Part shown: piece by piece, positions 47,535-57,969 of the stretch
Numbering within the stretch: the first letter of the stretch is position 1
How the letters are laid out: each line of letters begins with the position of its first letter
NCBI GenBank assembly: GCA_031370785.1
Contig: JANMQY010000144.1
Span: forward strand, 32,001 to 96,000
Length of the DNA stretch: 64,000 nucleotides
Direction of reading: 5' to 3'
From: Candidatus Eiseniibacteriota bacterium
GTDB taxonomy: Bacteria > Eisenbacteria > RBG-16-71-46
Notes under the pieces: generated by a model
What the model saw: only the letters and a program-made list of their open reading frames with translations
Told to the model about the DNA's origin: nothing
Databases searched by the model: none
Program-made: the position numbers and the translations under genes

Positions 47535-50500
47535 ATGACGCAGACGCTGGACAAGGACGTTTCGCAGGCCGCCACACCGATCGCTCCCTCGAACTCCGGC
47601 CTGCGCGTGCCGCGTCGCTGGACGCGGGCCGGCGTCCATCCGCTCGACGAGATCTCGTGGGACAAGCGCCGCACCGTCATCTCGAACCCCGACGGCTCGG
47701 TCGTATTCCAGATGAACGAGGTCGAGGTCCCGGCCGGCTGGTCGCAGCTCGCCACCGATATCGTGGTCAGCAAGTATTTCCGCAAGGCCGGCCTCCCGGG
47801 CACGCCCGGTCACGAGACCAGCGTCCGCCAGGTGGTGCACCGCCTCGCTCACACCGTGCGCGTCGCCGGGGAGCAGGCCGGAGGCTACTTCGCCGGCCCT
47901 GAGGACGCCGAGGCGTTCGAGGCCGAGCTCGCGTTCATGCTGGTGCACCAGATCGGTGCGTTCAACTCGCCGGTATGGTTCAACTGCGGGCTCCATCACG
48001 AATACGGGATCCAGGGCTCGGGCGGGAATTTCTACTACGACCGCGAAGAGCGCGCCGTGCACGCGACCCGCGACTCCTATTCGCGGCCCCAGGTCTCCGC
48101 CTGCTTCATCCAGTCGGTGGACGACGACCTGATGAGCATCTTCGAGCTGGCGCGCAACGAAGCGCGGGTCTTCAAGTTCGGCTCGGGCACCGGGAGCAAT
48201 TTCTCCAAGCTGCGCGGGCGCATGGAGAAGCTCTCGGGCGGCGGCACCTCGTCGGGGCTGATGAGCTTCCTCGAGGTGCTGGATCGTGGCGCCGGCGCCA
48301 CCAAGTCCGGCGGCACCACGCGGCGCGCGGCCAAGATGGTGGTGCTCGACATGGACCACCCCGAGATCGTGGACTTCGTCCAGTGGAAGGTGCGCGAGGA
48401 GAAGAAGGTCGCCGCGCTGGTGGCGGCGGGCTATTCCTCGGACTTCAACGGCGAAGCCTACGGCACGGTCGCCGGGCAGAACTCCAACAACGCGGGGCGC
48501 GTGCCCGATCGCTTCATGGAAGCGGTCGGGAGCAACGGCACCTGGCAGACCACGTTCCGCACCACCGGCCAGGTCCACGAGACCCACGCGGCGCGCGAGC
48601 TGTGGGGCCGGATCGCCGAAGCCGCGTGGCAGTGCGCCGATCCCGGCGTCCAGTTCGACGACACCATCCAGAAATGGCACACCTGCAAGGCCACGGCCCG
48701 GATCCAGGCGACCAACCCGTGCAGCGAGTTCGTGTTCCTCGATGACACCGCCTGTAATCTCGCGTCGATCAACCTGATGAAGTTCCTGGGCGACGATGGG
48801 GTGTTCGACATCGAGGGCTACCGCCACGCCAACCGCGTATTCTTCCTCGCGCAGGAGATCCTGGTCGGATTCGCCTCCTACCCGACCGAACGGATCGCAC
48901 AGCGCTCGTACGAGTTCCGTCCGCTGGGGCTCGGCTACGCGAACCTCGGCACGCTGCTGATGGTGAACGGACTGCCGTACGACAGCGATGCCGCGCGCTC
49001 CTACGCCGCGTGCCTGACCGCGCTGATGACCGGCGAGGCCTATGCGATGAGCGCCGAGATGGCGGCGAGCAAGGGCCCGTTCGAGGGCTACGCGGTCAAC
49101 CGCGACAGCATGCTCGAAGTGATGCGGCAGCACCGCGAAGCGGCGCGCGCCATCGATCCCTCGCTCGCGCCGCGCGACCTGCGCAGCGCGGCCACCGAGT
49201 CCTGGGATCGCGCGGTGGCGTTCGGCGCGCTGCATGGCTACCGCAACTCCCAGGCGACGGTGCTGGCGCCGACCGGAACCATCGGCCTGCTCATGGACTG
49301 CGACACGACCGGGGTCGAGCCCGACTTCGCGCTGGTCAAGTTCAAGAAACTGGCGGGGGGCGGCTACTTCAAGATCGTGAACCAGTCGGTCCCGGCCGCG
49401 CTGCGCCGGCTCGGCTACGACGAGTCCGCGATCTCGAACATCATCCGTTACGCGCTCGGCACCGGGACCTTCAAGGGTGCGCCGCACATCAACCGCGACT
49501 CGCTCATGAAGAAGGGCCTGTACGACCTGGAGATCGACCGGATCGAGCAGGCGCTCGGAACCATGCTCGACATCCGCTTCGGGTTCGGCCGCGGCATGTT
49601 GAGCGACGAGACCCTGACCCGGCTGGGCGTGAGCCAGGCCGAGCGCGAGAAGCCCGCCTTCTCGGCGCTGGCGTTCCTCGGGTTCACCGACGAGCAGATC
49701 GAGGCCGCCAACACGATGATCTGCGGCAGCCAGAGCGTCGAGGGTGCGCCGGGCCTCATGGTCGAGCACCTGCCGGCATTCGACTGCGCCAACCGTTGCG
49801 GTCCGCGCGGCACGCGCTACATCCGGCCGATGGGGCACGTGCGCATGATGGCGGCAGTGCAGCCGTTCATCTCGGGAGCGATCAGCAAGACCGTGAACCT
49901 GCCGCACGATTCGACGGTCGGAGAGGTCGAGGACATCTACACCCAGTCGTGGAAGCTGGGGCTCAAGGCCGTGGCCCTGTACCGCGACGGATGCAAGCTC
50001 AGCCAGCCGCTGGCGGGATCGAGCAAGGCCGAGCCGGCCAGCAGCGCGGCGCCGACCAGGCTCGAGCGCAAGCGCCTGCCGCGCCGCCGCCATGGCTTCA
50101 CCCAGGAGGCGCGCATCGGTGGACACAAGGTCTTTCTGCGCACCGGCGAGTACGAGGACGGGACGCTCGGCGAGATCTTCATCGACATGCACAAGGAGGG
50201 CGCCGCGTTCCGCAGCATGATGAACTGCTTCGCGATCTCGGTCTCGATGGGCCTGCAGTACGGCGTTCCGCTCGACCATCTCGTGGATCAGTTCTGCTTC
50301 ACGCGCTTCGAGCCGCACGGCCGCGTGGACGGACACGACAACATCCGGGTGTGCACCAGCGTGATCGACTACGTGTTCCGGGTGCTGGGCATCGAGTATC
50401 TGGGGCGCCTCGATCTCGGGCACGTGGTGGACGAGACTCCGACCGGCAGGCTGATCAAGCACGCGACCGACCATCCGGTCGGCCAGGAGCACTTCCTGGG

Positions 50501-50708
50501 GATCAAGCCCGTGAACGGCGGGGTCAAGCGGGCCCAGGTCGCGACCAGGCCTCGCTTCGAGGCCGCCGGCGAAGAGGCCGGGCTCAGCGAACAGACCAAG
50601 AAGTTCTCGGGCGACGCGCCGGCCTGCGACAATTGCGGACACATCACGATCCGCAACGGCACCTGCTACAAGTGTCTCAATTGTGGATCTTCTCTCGGTT
50701 GCTCCTGA
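47535..50708 (+). CDS. nrdJ: Class II (adenosylcobalamin-dependent) ribonucleotide reductase
   Basis: [56 protein letters not shown]-like domain and C-terminal Zn ribbon. Confidence 0.95.
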   Translation: MTQTLDKDVSQAATPIAPSNSGLRVPRRWTRAGVHPLDEISWDKRRTVISNPDGSVVFQMNEVEVPAGWSQLATDIVVSKYFRKAGLPGTPGHETSVRQVVHRLAHTVRVAGEQAGGYFAGPEDAEAFEAELAFMLVHQIGAFNSPVWFNCGLHHEYGIQGSGGNFYYDREERAVHATRDSYSRPQVSACFIQSVDDDLMSIFELARNEARVFKFGSGTGSNFSKLRGRMEKLSGGGTSSGLMSFLEVLDRGAGATKSGGTTRRAAKMVVLDMDHPEIVDFVQWKVREEKKVAALVAAGYSSDFNGEAYGTVAGQNSNNAGRVPDRFMEAVGSNGTWQTTFRTTGQVHETHAARELWGRIAEAAWQCADPGVQFDDTIQKWHTCKATARIQATNPCSEFVFLDDTACNLASINLMKFLGDDGVFDIEGYRHANRVFFLAQEILVGFASYPTERIAQRSYEFRPLGLGYANLGTLLMVNGLPYDSDAARSYAACLTALMTGEAYAMSAEMAASKGPFEGYAVNRDSMLEVMRQHREAARAIDPSLAPRDLRSAATESWDRAVAFGALHGYRNSQATVLAPTGTIGLLMDCDTTGVEPDFALVKFKKLAGGGYFKIVNQSVPAALRRLGYDESAISNIIRYALGTGTFKGAPHINRDSLMKKGLYDLEIDRIEQALGTMLDIRFGFGRGMLSDETLTRLGVSQAEREKPAFSALAFLGFTDEQIEAANTMICGSQSVEGAPGLMVEHLPAFDCANRCGPRGTRYIRPMGHVRMMAAVQPFISGAISKTVNLPHDSTVGEVEDIYTQSWKLGLKAVALYRDGCKLSQPLAGSSKAEPASSAAPTRLERKRLPRRRHGFTQEARIGGHKVFLRTGEYEDGTLGEIFIDMHKEGAAFRSMMNCFAISVSMGLQYGVPLDHLVDQFCFTRFEPHGRVDGHDNIRVCTSVIDYVFRVLGIEYLGRLDLGHVVDETPTGRLIKHATDHPVGQEHFLGIKPVNGGVKRAQVATRPRFEAAGEEAGLSEQTKKFSGDAPACDNCGHITIRNGTCYKCLNCGSSLGCS

Positions 50709-50735
50709 AGCACGCTCGCGACAGGAGATCACACC

Positions 50736-50761
50736 CGGGCGGGGCCGAAAGGTCCCGCCCG
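50736..50761 (+). terminator. GNRA-capped hairpin after nrdJ
   Basis: CGGGCGGGGCC-GAAA-GGTCCCGCCCG; no U tract. Confidence 0.5.
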
Positions 50762-50833
50762 AAGTGTTAGGCTAGCGATGGCTCGCGCTTCGAAGGGCGC
50801 GCGGCCCTGGACCCCGCCCACCCGGAGGACTTC

Positions 50834-51436
50834 CTGAACCCGTCGCGCTACCGGCCGCTCGCGCTTCTGACCACGCTCGCCCTCCTGGCATTTGCCGGCG
50901 CAGCGCACGTCGGGACCGCTGCGGCCGCGCCTCCGGCCGCGGCGAGCGACGCGCTGCGCGCTTCCGCCGGCGCAGTCGACACCGCGCTCACCACCGTGTT
51001 CGTGGTGCGCCACGCCGAGAAGAACGTCGTGTTCGCGGGCGCCGACCCGCCGCTCAGCGAAGCCGGCCGCCGCCGCGCGCAAGCGCTCGCGCGTGTGCTG
51101 GGCGAGGCGAAGGTGAAAGCCATTCTGACCACCCACTTCGCGCGCACGCGCGAAACGGCGCAGCCGCTTGCGGATTCGACCGGAGATTCGATCACGGTCG
51201 TCTCGCAGGACGACCCGGATCGGCTCGCGAGCGAAGTGTGGACCCATCATCGCGGCGAAGCGGTGCTGATCGTCGGGCACAGCGACACGGTGCCGGCGAT
51301 TGTCCGGAGTCTGACCGGCGTCCAGGTGCCCGCCTATCGCGAGGGCGAGTTCGACCGGCTCTACGTGATCACGCGCCGCGGGAGCGGCCCCGCGGCGCTG
51401 CTGCGCCTGCGCTATGGCGAGGGCGCCACGCCCTGA
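50834..51436 (+). CDS. Secreted histidine phosphatase (PGM/SixA family), CTG start proposed
   Basis: VRHAEK, LSEAG..RA, RTRETA, VGHSDT; signal peptide lies upstream of the first canonical start (50996). Confidence 0.8.
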   Translation: MNPSRYRPLALLTTLALLAFAGAAHVGTAAAAPPAAASDALRASAGAVDTALTTVFVVRHAEKNVVFAGADPPLSEAGRRRAQALARVLGEAKVKAILTTHFARTRETAQPLADSTGDSITVVSQDDPDRLASEVWTHHRGEAVLIVGHSDTVPAIVRSLTGVQVPAYREGEFDRLYVITRRGSGPAALLRLRYGEGATP

Positions 51437-51505
51437 TCGAGGCGCCGGCGAGGGCGTGAGCCACGCCGCTTGCGCGGTGACGACAGGCTCGGGCAGAGTG
51501 CGCGC

Positions 51506-52609
51506 ATGACGGTCGCCCCGGCGCATCCACCGCGCGCACTCCCGCGCGTGCGCGTGCTCCACCTGCTCCTCGTGTTCATCCCGCTCGCCGCGCTGGCAGC
51601 CGCGCTTCACTGGAGCGGAACCCTGGTGTTCGCATTCTCCGCGATCGCGATCATTCCGCTCGCCGGGCTGATGGGCGAAGCCACCGAGCGCCTCGCCGAG
51701 CGGCTGGGCGCGGGCGTGGGAGGACTGCTCAACGCCACCTTCGGCAATGCGGCCGAGATGATCATCGCGCTGGCCGCGATGCAGCGCGGTTTCTACGACG
51801 TGGTCAAAGCGAGCCTCACCGGCTCGATCATCGGAAACGTGCTGCTGGTGCTGGGAGTCTCGATCCTGGCCGGCGGCGCACGCCGCGAGCGCCAGAAGTT
51901 CGATCGCTCCGCGGCCGCGGTCGGCTCGACCCTGCTCGCTCTGGCCGCCATCGGGCTGGTCGTGCCGGCGATGTTCCATCTGGTCGCGGGCGCACCGGTC
52001 GGCACCGCCGCGGCGAACCGCGAGCACGGGCTTTCGCTCGCGATCGCGGTGGTGCTGTTCGTGACCTACCTGCTGAGCCTGGTCTTCACCCTGAGCACGC
52101 ACCGGCATCTGTATGCCGGCGCGCCGGCCGGGCCGGTCAAACACTCGGGACCGGCTCTGCGCCCCCTGCTGGTGCTGCTGGTCTCGACCGCCCTGGTGGC
52201 GTGGATGAGCGAGCTGCTGGTAGGCGCGGTCGAAGAGGCCTCGCATACGCTCGGACTCTCCCAGGTCTTCGTCGGCGTGGTGGTGGTCGCGATCATCGGC
52301 AATGCCGCCGAGCATTCGACCGCGGTGCTCATGGCGATGCGCAACCAGATGGACCTCGCGATCAACATCGCGGTCGGCTCGAGCACGCAGATCGCGCTGT
52401 TCGTGGCGCCGGCACTGGTGTTCGTGTCCTACCTCATGCCGCACGGGCCGATGGACCTGCGTTTCAGTGCGCTGGAAGTGCTGGCGGTGGGGATCTCGGT
52501 CGCGGTCGTCAACATGGTTGCGCAGGACGGCGAGTCCAACTGGCTCGAGGGGGCGCTATTGCTCGCGGTCTACGGCGTGCTCGGACTGGCGTTCTACTAC
52601 CTCCCCTGA
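51506..52609 (+). CDS. cax: Ca2+/H+ exchanger
   Basis: [41 protein letters not shown]. Confidence 0.92.
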   Translation: MTVAPAHPPRALPRVRVLHLLLVFIPLAALAAALHWSGTLVFAFSAIAIIPLAGLMGEATERLAERLGAGVGGLLNATFGNAAEMIIALAAMQRGFYDVVKASLTGSIIGNVLLVLGVSILAGGARRERQKFDRSAAAVGSTLLALAAIGLVVPAMFHLVAGAPVGTAAANREHGLSLAIAVVLFVTYLLSLVFTLSTHRHLYAGAPAGPVKHSGPALRPLLVLLVSTALVAWMSELLVGAVEEASHTLGLSQVFVGVVVVAIIGNAAEHSTAVLMAMRNQMDLAINIAVGSSTQIALFVAPALVFVSYLMPHGPMDLRFSALEVLAVGISVAVVNMVAQDGESNWLEGALLLAVYGVLGLAFYYLP

Positions 52610-52746
52610 GCTGACCGTGCCGCAGACTCCTGTTCGCGCTGGCTCGCATGCTGAGCTGAACGGGGTGTCGCGCTCCGGCTCCACGAAATCCGCCGGCCCT
52701 CGCACGGCGCCGGTCTGATAGCATCCAGCGCCAAGGAGGCCCCGCC

Positions 52747-53322
52747 ATGACCGTCCATCCCAGATCCTCGAAGGTCGACGAGTTGATCCAGCGCCTCGAC
52801 CAGGCCGTCGCAGTCCGCGATGACGCGCTCCGATGTCAGAACGTGAAGAAGGTGCTGACCGACGTCGTCAGCAGCGGCGATCAGTTCGTCGAACCGCCCT
52901 ACCTCGTGCCGGTGCCCGAGCGCTACGCGCGCCGGCTCATGCACCGCGATCCGCAGAACCGCTACACCGTCCTCGCCATGGTCTGGAACAAGGGACAGGG
53001 CACGCCGCTCCACGACCACGCCGGCACCTGGTGCGTGGAGTGCGTGTATCGCGGCCGGATCCGCGTCACCTCGTATTCGGTGCGTGGCGGCGACCCGGAA
53101 AGCGGAGTGGTCCAGTTCGAGCGCGAGACCGTGGTGATGGCGGGTGTCGGAGAGGCCGGGGCACTGATCCCGCCCTTCGAATATCACGTGCTCGAGAACG
53201 CCGACCAGACGCCGTCGGTCACGCTGCACGTCTACGGCGGCGAGATGACCTACTGCCACATCTTCGAGCCGGTCGAGGGCGGCTACCTGCGCAAGTACCG
53301 CGAGCTGGGCTATACCGCGTGA
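52747..53322 (+). CDS. Cysteine dioxygenase family protein
   Basis: AAGGAGG SD; YARR, TPLHDH, YHVLEN, TLHVY. Confidence 0.88.
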   Translation: MTVHPRSSKVDELIQRLDQAVAVRDDALRCQNVKKVLTDVVSSGDQFVEPPYLVPVPERYARRLMHRDPQNRYTVLAMVWNKGQGTPLHDHAGTWCVECVYRGRIRVTSYSVRGGDPESGVVQFERETVVMAGVGEAGALIPPFEYHVLENADQTPSVTLHVYGGEMTYCHIFEPVEGGYLRKYRELGYTA

Positions 53323-53380
53323 AAGCGCGCGCCGCCGCCGCTCGCGCTCGCGCCATTCGCGCGGCCGGCGGGTCCGGCGG

Positions 53381-54388
53381 TTGATCTCGCTTCGATCCGT
53401 AGCGCCGCTTCTTCCCGGTCTCCTGCTTTCGGCGCTGCTCGCCGCGGTCGCGGTGTGGCTCGCCGATGTGCCGTGGGTCCGGAGTCACACCCACCTCAGC
53501 GCGCTGCTGCTGGTGATCCTGCTCGGGATGGCGTGGAAATCCCTGGCCCCGGTTCCTGAGGCGGCGCTGCCCGGCATCCGGATCGCACAGCGCCCGGTGC
53601 TGCGCTGGGCAGTGGCGGGCCTCGGATTCCGCTTGAGCCTCTCCGAGCTGTGGAAGATCGGCGCGCCCGCGCTGGTGGTGGTGATCGTCTCGACGCTGAC
53701 CGCGCTCGTGTTCGGCTGGTGGATCGCGCGCCGCCTCGGCATCTCGGAGAAGCTGGGACTCCTGCTCGGGGTCGGCGGCGCGATCTGTGGCGCCTCGGCG
53801 GTGGTCGCCGCGGACAGCGTGGTGCAGGCCGAGAAGCGCGACGCCGCGCTCGCGCTCGGCATCATCACCCTGCTCGGCACCGTCGGCATCCTGATCTACC
53901 CGCTGCTCCTCCGTCCGCTCGCGCTCAGCGACTTCGCCTACGGGGTGTGGGACGGCGCGAGCCTTCACGAGATGGCACAGGTGGTCGCGGCCGGCTTCGC
54001 GGTGAGCGACGAGGCGGCGCGCGTGGCGACCGTGGTCAAGCTCGCGCGCATCTGCCTGCTCGCGCCGGTGGTGCTCTACCTCGGATGGTCGCTGCGCCAC
54101 CAGCATCGCGAGGCGGGCCGGGCAAATGTCTCGCCGGTGCCGTGGTTCCTGGTGCTGTTCGTCGCGTTCGCGGTGGTGAACTCGCTCGGGGTTCTGCCGA
54201 AGCCCTGGATCGAAGCGCTCAAGACCGCCGACCTGTGGCTGCTGTGCCTGGGGATGGCCGGCGTCGGATTGCAGACCGGATTCCACGATCTGAAGAGCGC
54301 GGGAATGAAGCCGATCCTTGCGGGCGGAGCGCAGTGGGTGTTTCTCGCCGGAGTTTCGTACGGCCTCACGCGCTGGCTGTGCGGGTGA
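53381..54388 (+). CDS. YeiH-family (putative sulfate exporter) membrane protein
   Basis: AICGASAV, EMAQVVAA, VVKLAR, PVPWF, MAGVGL. Confidence 0.88.
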   Translation: MISLRSVAPLLPGLLLSALLAAVAVWLADVPWVRSHTHLSALLLVILLGMAWKSLAPVPEAALPGIRIAQRPVLRWAVAGLGFRLSLSELWKIGAPALVVVIVSTLTALVFGWWIARRLGISEKLGLLLGVGGAICGASAVVAADSVVQAEKRDAALALGIITLLGTVGILIYPLLLRPLALSDFAYGVWDGASLHEMAQVVAAGFAVSDEAARVATVVKLARICLLAPVVLYLGWSLRHQHREAGRANVSPVPWFLVLFVAFAVVNSLGVLPKPWIEALKTADLWLLCLGMAGVGLQTGFHDLKSAGMKPILAGGAQWVFLAGVSYGLTRWLCG

Positions 54389-54532
54389 GCGCGCGCGCGC
54401 GGACGCCGATGCCGCGAAGCGCCGGGCGAGACGCCTCAGGCGCGTGGCGCATTTCCGCCCGCCTCGCGCGAAGTGCTAGGCTGCCCGACGCATCACACGC
54501 CCATGTATTCGAATGCGACCACCGGAGCATGA

Positions 54533-55372
54533 ATGAGTCGAGTCGCGCGCAGATGGAGCAGCGGAACGGGCGCGGCGCCCGGCATCGCCGGATATCCGGC
54601 GCGCGGTGCGGGCTCTCCGAACGAAGCGCCGCACGGGCGCGCCTCCAGTGAGAAGTTCGGCGCGACCGACCGCACCGATGCGTGGTGGCTGCAGCCACTG
54701 GCCCAGGCGCTCGGGTTGGGGCTGCTCGGCGCCTACGCGACCTGGGCGGCGTTTCAAGGCAACCACTACGAGTTCGGCAACTATCTCTCGCCGTTCTACT
54801 CCCCGCTGTTCAAGCCCAGCTGGTGGCCGCTGTCATCGGCGCTCCTGATCCTCGGCGCGCCGATGGGGTTCCGCACCACCTGCTACTACTACCGCAAGGC
54901 CTACTATCGCGCGTTCTTCGCGGACCCCGCGGCGTGCGCGGTCGGCGAGCTCAAGGCCAAGGGCTACCGCGGCGAGAACTCGTTTCCGTTCATTCTCCAG
55001 AACCTGCACCGCTACTTCCTCTACCTCGCGTTGATCTTCATCGTGATCCTGTGGATCGACGTGGTGCGCTCGTTCATCTTCGAGGGGCGATTCGGAATCG
55101 GCCTGGGATCGCTGATCCTGACCGCGACCATCACGCTGCTCACGCTCTACACGTTCTCCTGCCATTCGCTGCGCCACCTGCTCGGCGGCGGGATCGACTG
55201 CTTCTCGTGCGCGGTCGCGGGCGGCCCGCGCCGGCAGACGTGGAGCGTGGTCTCCCTGCTCAACCAGCACCACATGGGCTGGGCGTGGTGGAGCCTGTTC
55301 TTCGTGTGCTTCGCCGATTTCTACATCCGCATGTGCTCAATGGGCGTCTTCCGCGATCCGAGGCTCTTGTGA
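54533..55372 (+). CDS. Succinate dehydrogenase membrane anchor (Rv0249c-like)
   Basis: YLSPFYSP, FRTTCYYYRKAYYR, QNLHRY, SCHSLRH; precedes flavoprotein gene. Confidence 0.85.
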   Translation: MSRVARRWSSGTGAAPGIAGYPARGAGSPNEAPHGRASSEKFGATDRTDAWWLQPLAQALGLGLLGAYATWAAFQGNHYEFGNYLSPFYSPLFKPSWWPLSSALLILGAPMGFRTTCYYYRKAYYRAFFADPAACAVGELKAKGYRGENSFPFILQNLHRYFLYLALIFIVILWIDVVRSFIFEGRFGIGLGSLILTATITLLTLYTFSCHSLRHLLGGGIDCFSCAVAGGPRRQTWSVVSLLNQHHMGWAWWSLFFVCFADFYIRMCSMGVFRDPRLL

Positions 55373-57204
55373 CGGACAAGTACGAGAAGCACGAACACGA
55401 CGTGCTGGTGATCGGCGCGGGAGGCGCAGGGCTGCGCGCGGCGATCGAGGCCTCGACCGCGGGCGCATCGGTCGCGCTGGTGTGCAAGTCGCTGCTCGGC
55501 AAGGCGCACACGGTGATGGCCGAAGGTGGAGTGGCGGCCGCGCTCGCGCACGTCGATCCGCAGGACGGCTGGCAGACGCACTTCAAGGACACGATGAAGG
55601 GCGGCTCGTTCCTGAATCACTGGCGCATGGCGCAGATCCACGCTGAGGAGTCGCCCGACCGGGTGCGCGAGCTCGAGCAGTGGGGCGCGCTGTTCGATCG
55701 CACCGCCGACGGCCGGATCCTGCAGCGCGCCTTCGGTGGCCACACCTGGAAGCGGCTCGCGCACGTCGGCGACCGCACCGGGCTCGAGATGATCCGCACG
55801 CTGCAGGACCGCGGCGTTCATCAGGGCTTCGACGTGTACATGGAGTGCACCATCATCCGCCTGCTCAAGGACGGGGAGCGCATCACCGGTGCGCTCGGCT
55901 ACTGGCGCGAGACCGGGCGATTCGTGGTGTTCCGCTGCAAGGCGGTGGTGATCGCGACCGGCGGGATCGGCAAGGCGTACCGGGTCACTTCGAACTCGTG
56001 GGAGTACACCGGCGACGGGCAATCGCTGGCGATCGAGGCGGGCGCAGATCTGATCGACATGGAGTTCGTACAGTTCCATCCGACCGGAATGGTGTGGCCG
56101 CCGGGAGTGATGGGGCTCCTGGTCACCGAGGGCGTGCGCGGCGAAGGCGGCATCCTGCGCAACAAGGACGGCGAGCGCTTCATGTGGAAGTACCTGCCCG
56201 AGAACCGCCGTCACGAGTACGCCGAGACCGAGGAAGAAGCGCGGCGCTGGCTCGAAGCCTCGTTCGCGACCAGGCAGACCGACGCGCGCCGTCCGCCCGA
56301 GCTGTCCACGCGCGACAACGTCTCGCGCGCGATCTACACCGAGGTCCGCGAGGGGCGCGGCACTCCGCACGGCGGGGCCTACCTCGACATCAGCTATCTG
56401 CCCGCCGAGCGCGTGAAGCGCAAGCTGCCCTCGATGTACCACCAGTTTCTCGAGCTGGCCGACGTCGACATCACGAAGCAGCCGATGGAGGTGGGCCCGA
56501 CCACGCACTACATCATGGGCGGCATCCGTGTGGACCCCGACAGCGCGGCCGCGACCGTGCCGGGGCTGTTCGCGGCCGGCGAAGCCGCGGCCGGCCTGCA
56601 CGGCGCCAACCGTCTCGGCGGAAACTCGCTCTCGGACCTGCTGGTGTTCGGGCGCCGCGCCGGCGCCGCGGCCGCCGCGTATGCAAAGGCACTCGGAAGC
56701 ACGCCGGCGATGAACGAAGCCGAGATCGAGGCCGAGACCCGCGACATGCTCGCGCCTTTCGAGCGATCGAGCGGCGAGAGTCCCTACCAGGTGCATCAGG
56801 CGCTTCAGGAGTGCATGGACCGGCTGGTCGGCATCTACCGGGTCGAGGCGGATCTCGAGGGGGCGCTCTCGGAGCTGGAAAAGCTCAAGGCGCGCGCCGC
56901 GGCGGTGCGCGTCGAGGGCTCGCGCATGTTCAACCCGGGCTGGCACCTCGCGCGCGATTTGAGGAACATGCTCACCGTTTCCGAGGCGATCACGCGCTCG
57001 GCGCTGCTGCGGAAGGAAAGCCGCGGTGCGCACTCGCGTCTCGACTACACCGCGACCGACCCCGCATTCGGCAAGGTCAACCACTGCGCGCGCCTCGCCG
57101 GCGGGCGCTTGAGCGTCACGCCCACGCCGCTGGCCGAAATGCCGGCCGAGCTCGCCTCCCTCTTCGAGGCCGCGCCGCAGCCCGCCGGCGAGAAGGTCCG
57201 ATGA
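55369..57204 (+). CDS. sdhA: Succinate dehydrogenase/fumarate reductase flavoprotein
   Basis: IGAGGAG, AHTVMAEGG, QFHPTG, HYIMGG, HGANRLGGNSL, ESRGAH. Confidence 0.95.
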   Translation: MTDKYEKHEHDVLVIGAGGAGLRAAIEASTAGASVALVCKSLLGKAHTVMAEGGVAAALAHVDPQDGWQTHFKDTMKGGSFLNHWRMAQIHAEESPDRVRELEQWGALFDRTADGRILQRAFGGHTWKRLAHVGDRTGLEMIRTLQDRGVHQGFDVYMECTIIRLLKDGERITGALGYWRETGRFVVFRCKAVVIATGGIGKAYRVTSNSWEYTGDGQSLAIEAGADLIDMEFVQFHPTGMVWPPGVMGLLVTEGVRGEGGILRNKDGERFMWKYLPENRRHEYAETEEEARRWLEASFATRQTDARRPPELSTRDNVSRAIYTEVREGRGTPHGGAYLDISYLPAERVKRKLPSMYHQFLELADVDITKQPMEVGPTTHYIMGGIRVDPDSAAATVPGLFAAGEAAAGLHGANRLGGNSLSDLLVFGRRAGAAAAAYAKALGSTPAMNEAEIEAETRDMLAPFERSSGESPYQVHQALQECMDRLVGIYRVEADLEGALSELEKLKARAAAVRVEGSRMFNPGWHLARDLRNMLTVSEAITRSALLRKESRGAHSRLDYTATDPAFGKVNHCARLAGGRLSVTPTPLAEMPAELASLFEAAPQPAGEKVR

Positions 57205-57953
57205 GCGCCGAGCCCGGGACCACGGCGCTGCTGCGCGTCTATCGCGGCGACAAGAGCGGCGGCAAGGAGGTCGAGTACGAGGTGCCGATCGAGACCGGCA
57301 TGGTCGTGCTCGATGCCATCCACTGGATCCAGGCGCATCAGGCGCCCGATCTGGCGGTGCGCTGGAACTGCAAGGCGGCCAAGTGCGGCTCGTGCAGCGC
57401 CGAGGTGAACGGCAAGCCTGCGCTCATGTGCAAGTCGCGGATGGACCACTTCCCGGCAGGGCAGCCGATCTCGGTGCGCCCGATGAAGACCTTCCCGATC
57501 ATTCGCGACCTGGTCACCGACGTGTCGTGGAACTACGAAGTGAACAAGCGGATCGCGCCGTTCAAGCCGCGCCCCGGCGCCGAGTGGAAGTGGCAGCAGA
57601 GCGACATCGATCGCGTGCAGGAGTACCGCAAGTGCATCGAGTGCTTCCTGTGCCAGGACGTGTGCCACGTGCTGCGCGCGCACGAGATGAAGCAGCAGTT
57701 CGCGGGGCCGCGCTTCTTCGTGCGCATCGCCGGACTCGAGATGCATCCGATCGACGGCGAGGATCGCACCGGCTACCTGAAGGATCACGGCGGCATCGGC
57801 CTCTGTAACATCACCAAGTGCTGCACCGAGGTGTGCCCCGAAGGCATTCACATCACCGACAACGCGATCATCCCGCTCAAGGAGCGAGTGGTGGACCGGT
57901 TCTACGATCCGCTGCGCATGCTGTGGCACGCGCTCACCGCCGGGAAGAAGTAA
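57201..57953 (+). CDS. sdhB: Succinate dehydrogenase/fumarate reductase Fe-S subunit
   Basis: CKAAKCGSC, CIECFLCQDVC, CNITKCCTEVCP. Confidence 0.95.
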   Translation: MSAEPGTTALLRVYRGDKSGGKEVEYEVPIETGMVVLDAIHWIQAHQAPDLAVRWNCKAAKCGSCSAEVNGKPALMCKSRMDHFPAGQPISVRPMKTFPIIRDLVTDVSWNYEVNKRIAPFKPRPGAEWKWQQSDIDRVQEYRKCIECFLCQDVCHVLRAHEMKQQFAGPRFFVRIAGLEMHPIDGEDRTGYLKDHGGIGLCNITKCCTEVCPEGIHITDNAIIPLKERVVDRFYDPLRMLWHALTAGKK

Positions 57954-57969
57954 CAGCCAGCGCGCCGCA

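Noticed and set aside
47535..50708. Intein in NrdJ
   Set aside because: Catalytic motifs are contiguous; no splicing motifs or unexplained insertion seen
47289..50732. Very long antisense/alternate-frame ORFs (also 16444..18225, 36256..38781, 38841..41096, 26046..28130 and many others)
   Set aside because: They shadow well-supported genes, are Arg/Ala/Gly-rich without motifs, and are expected at high GC
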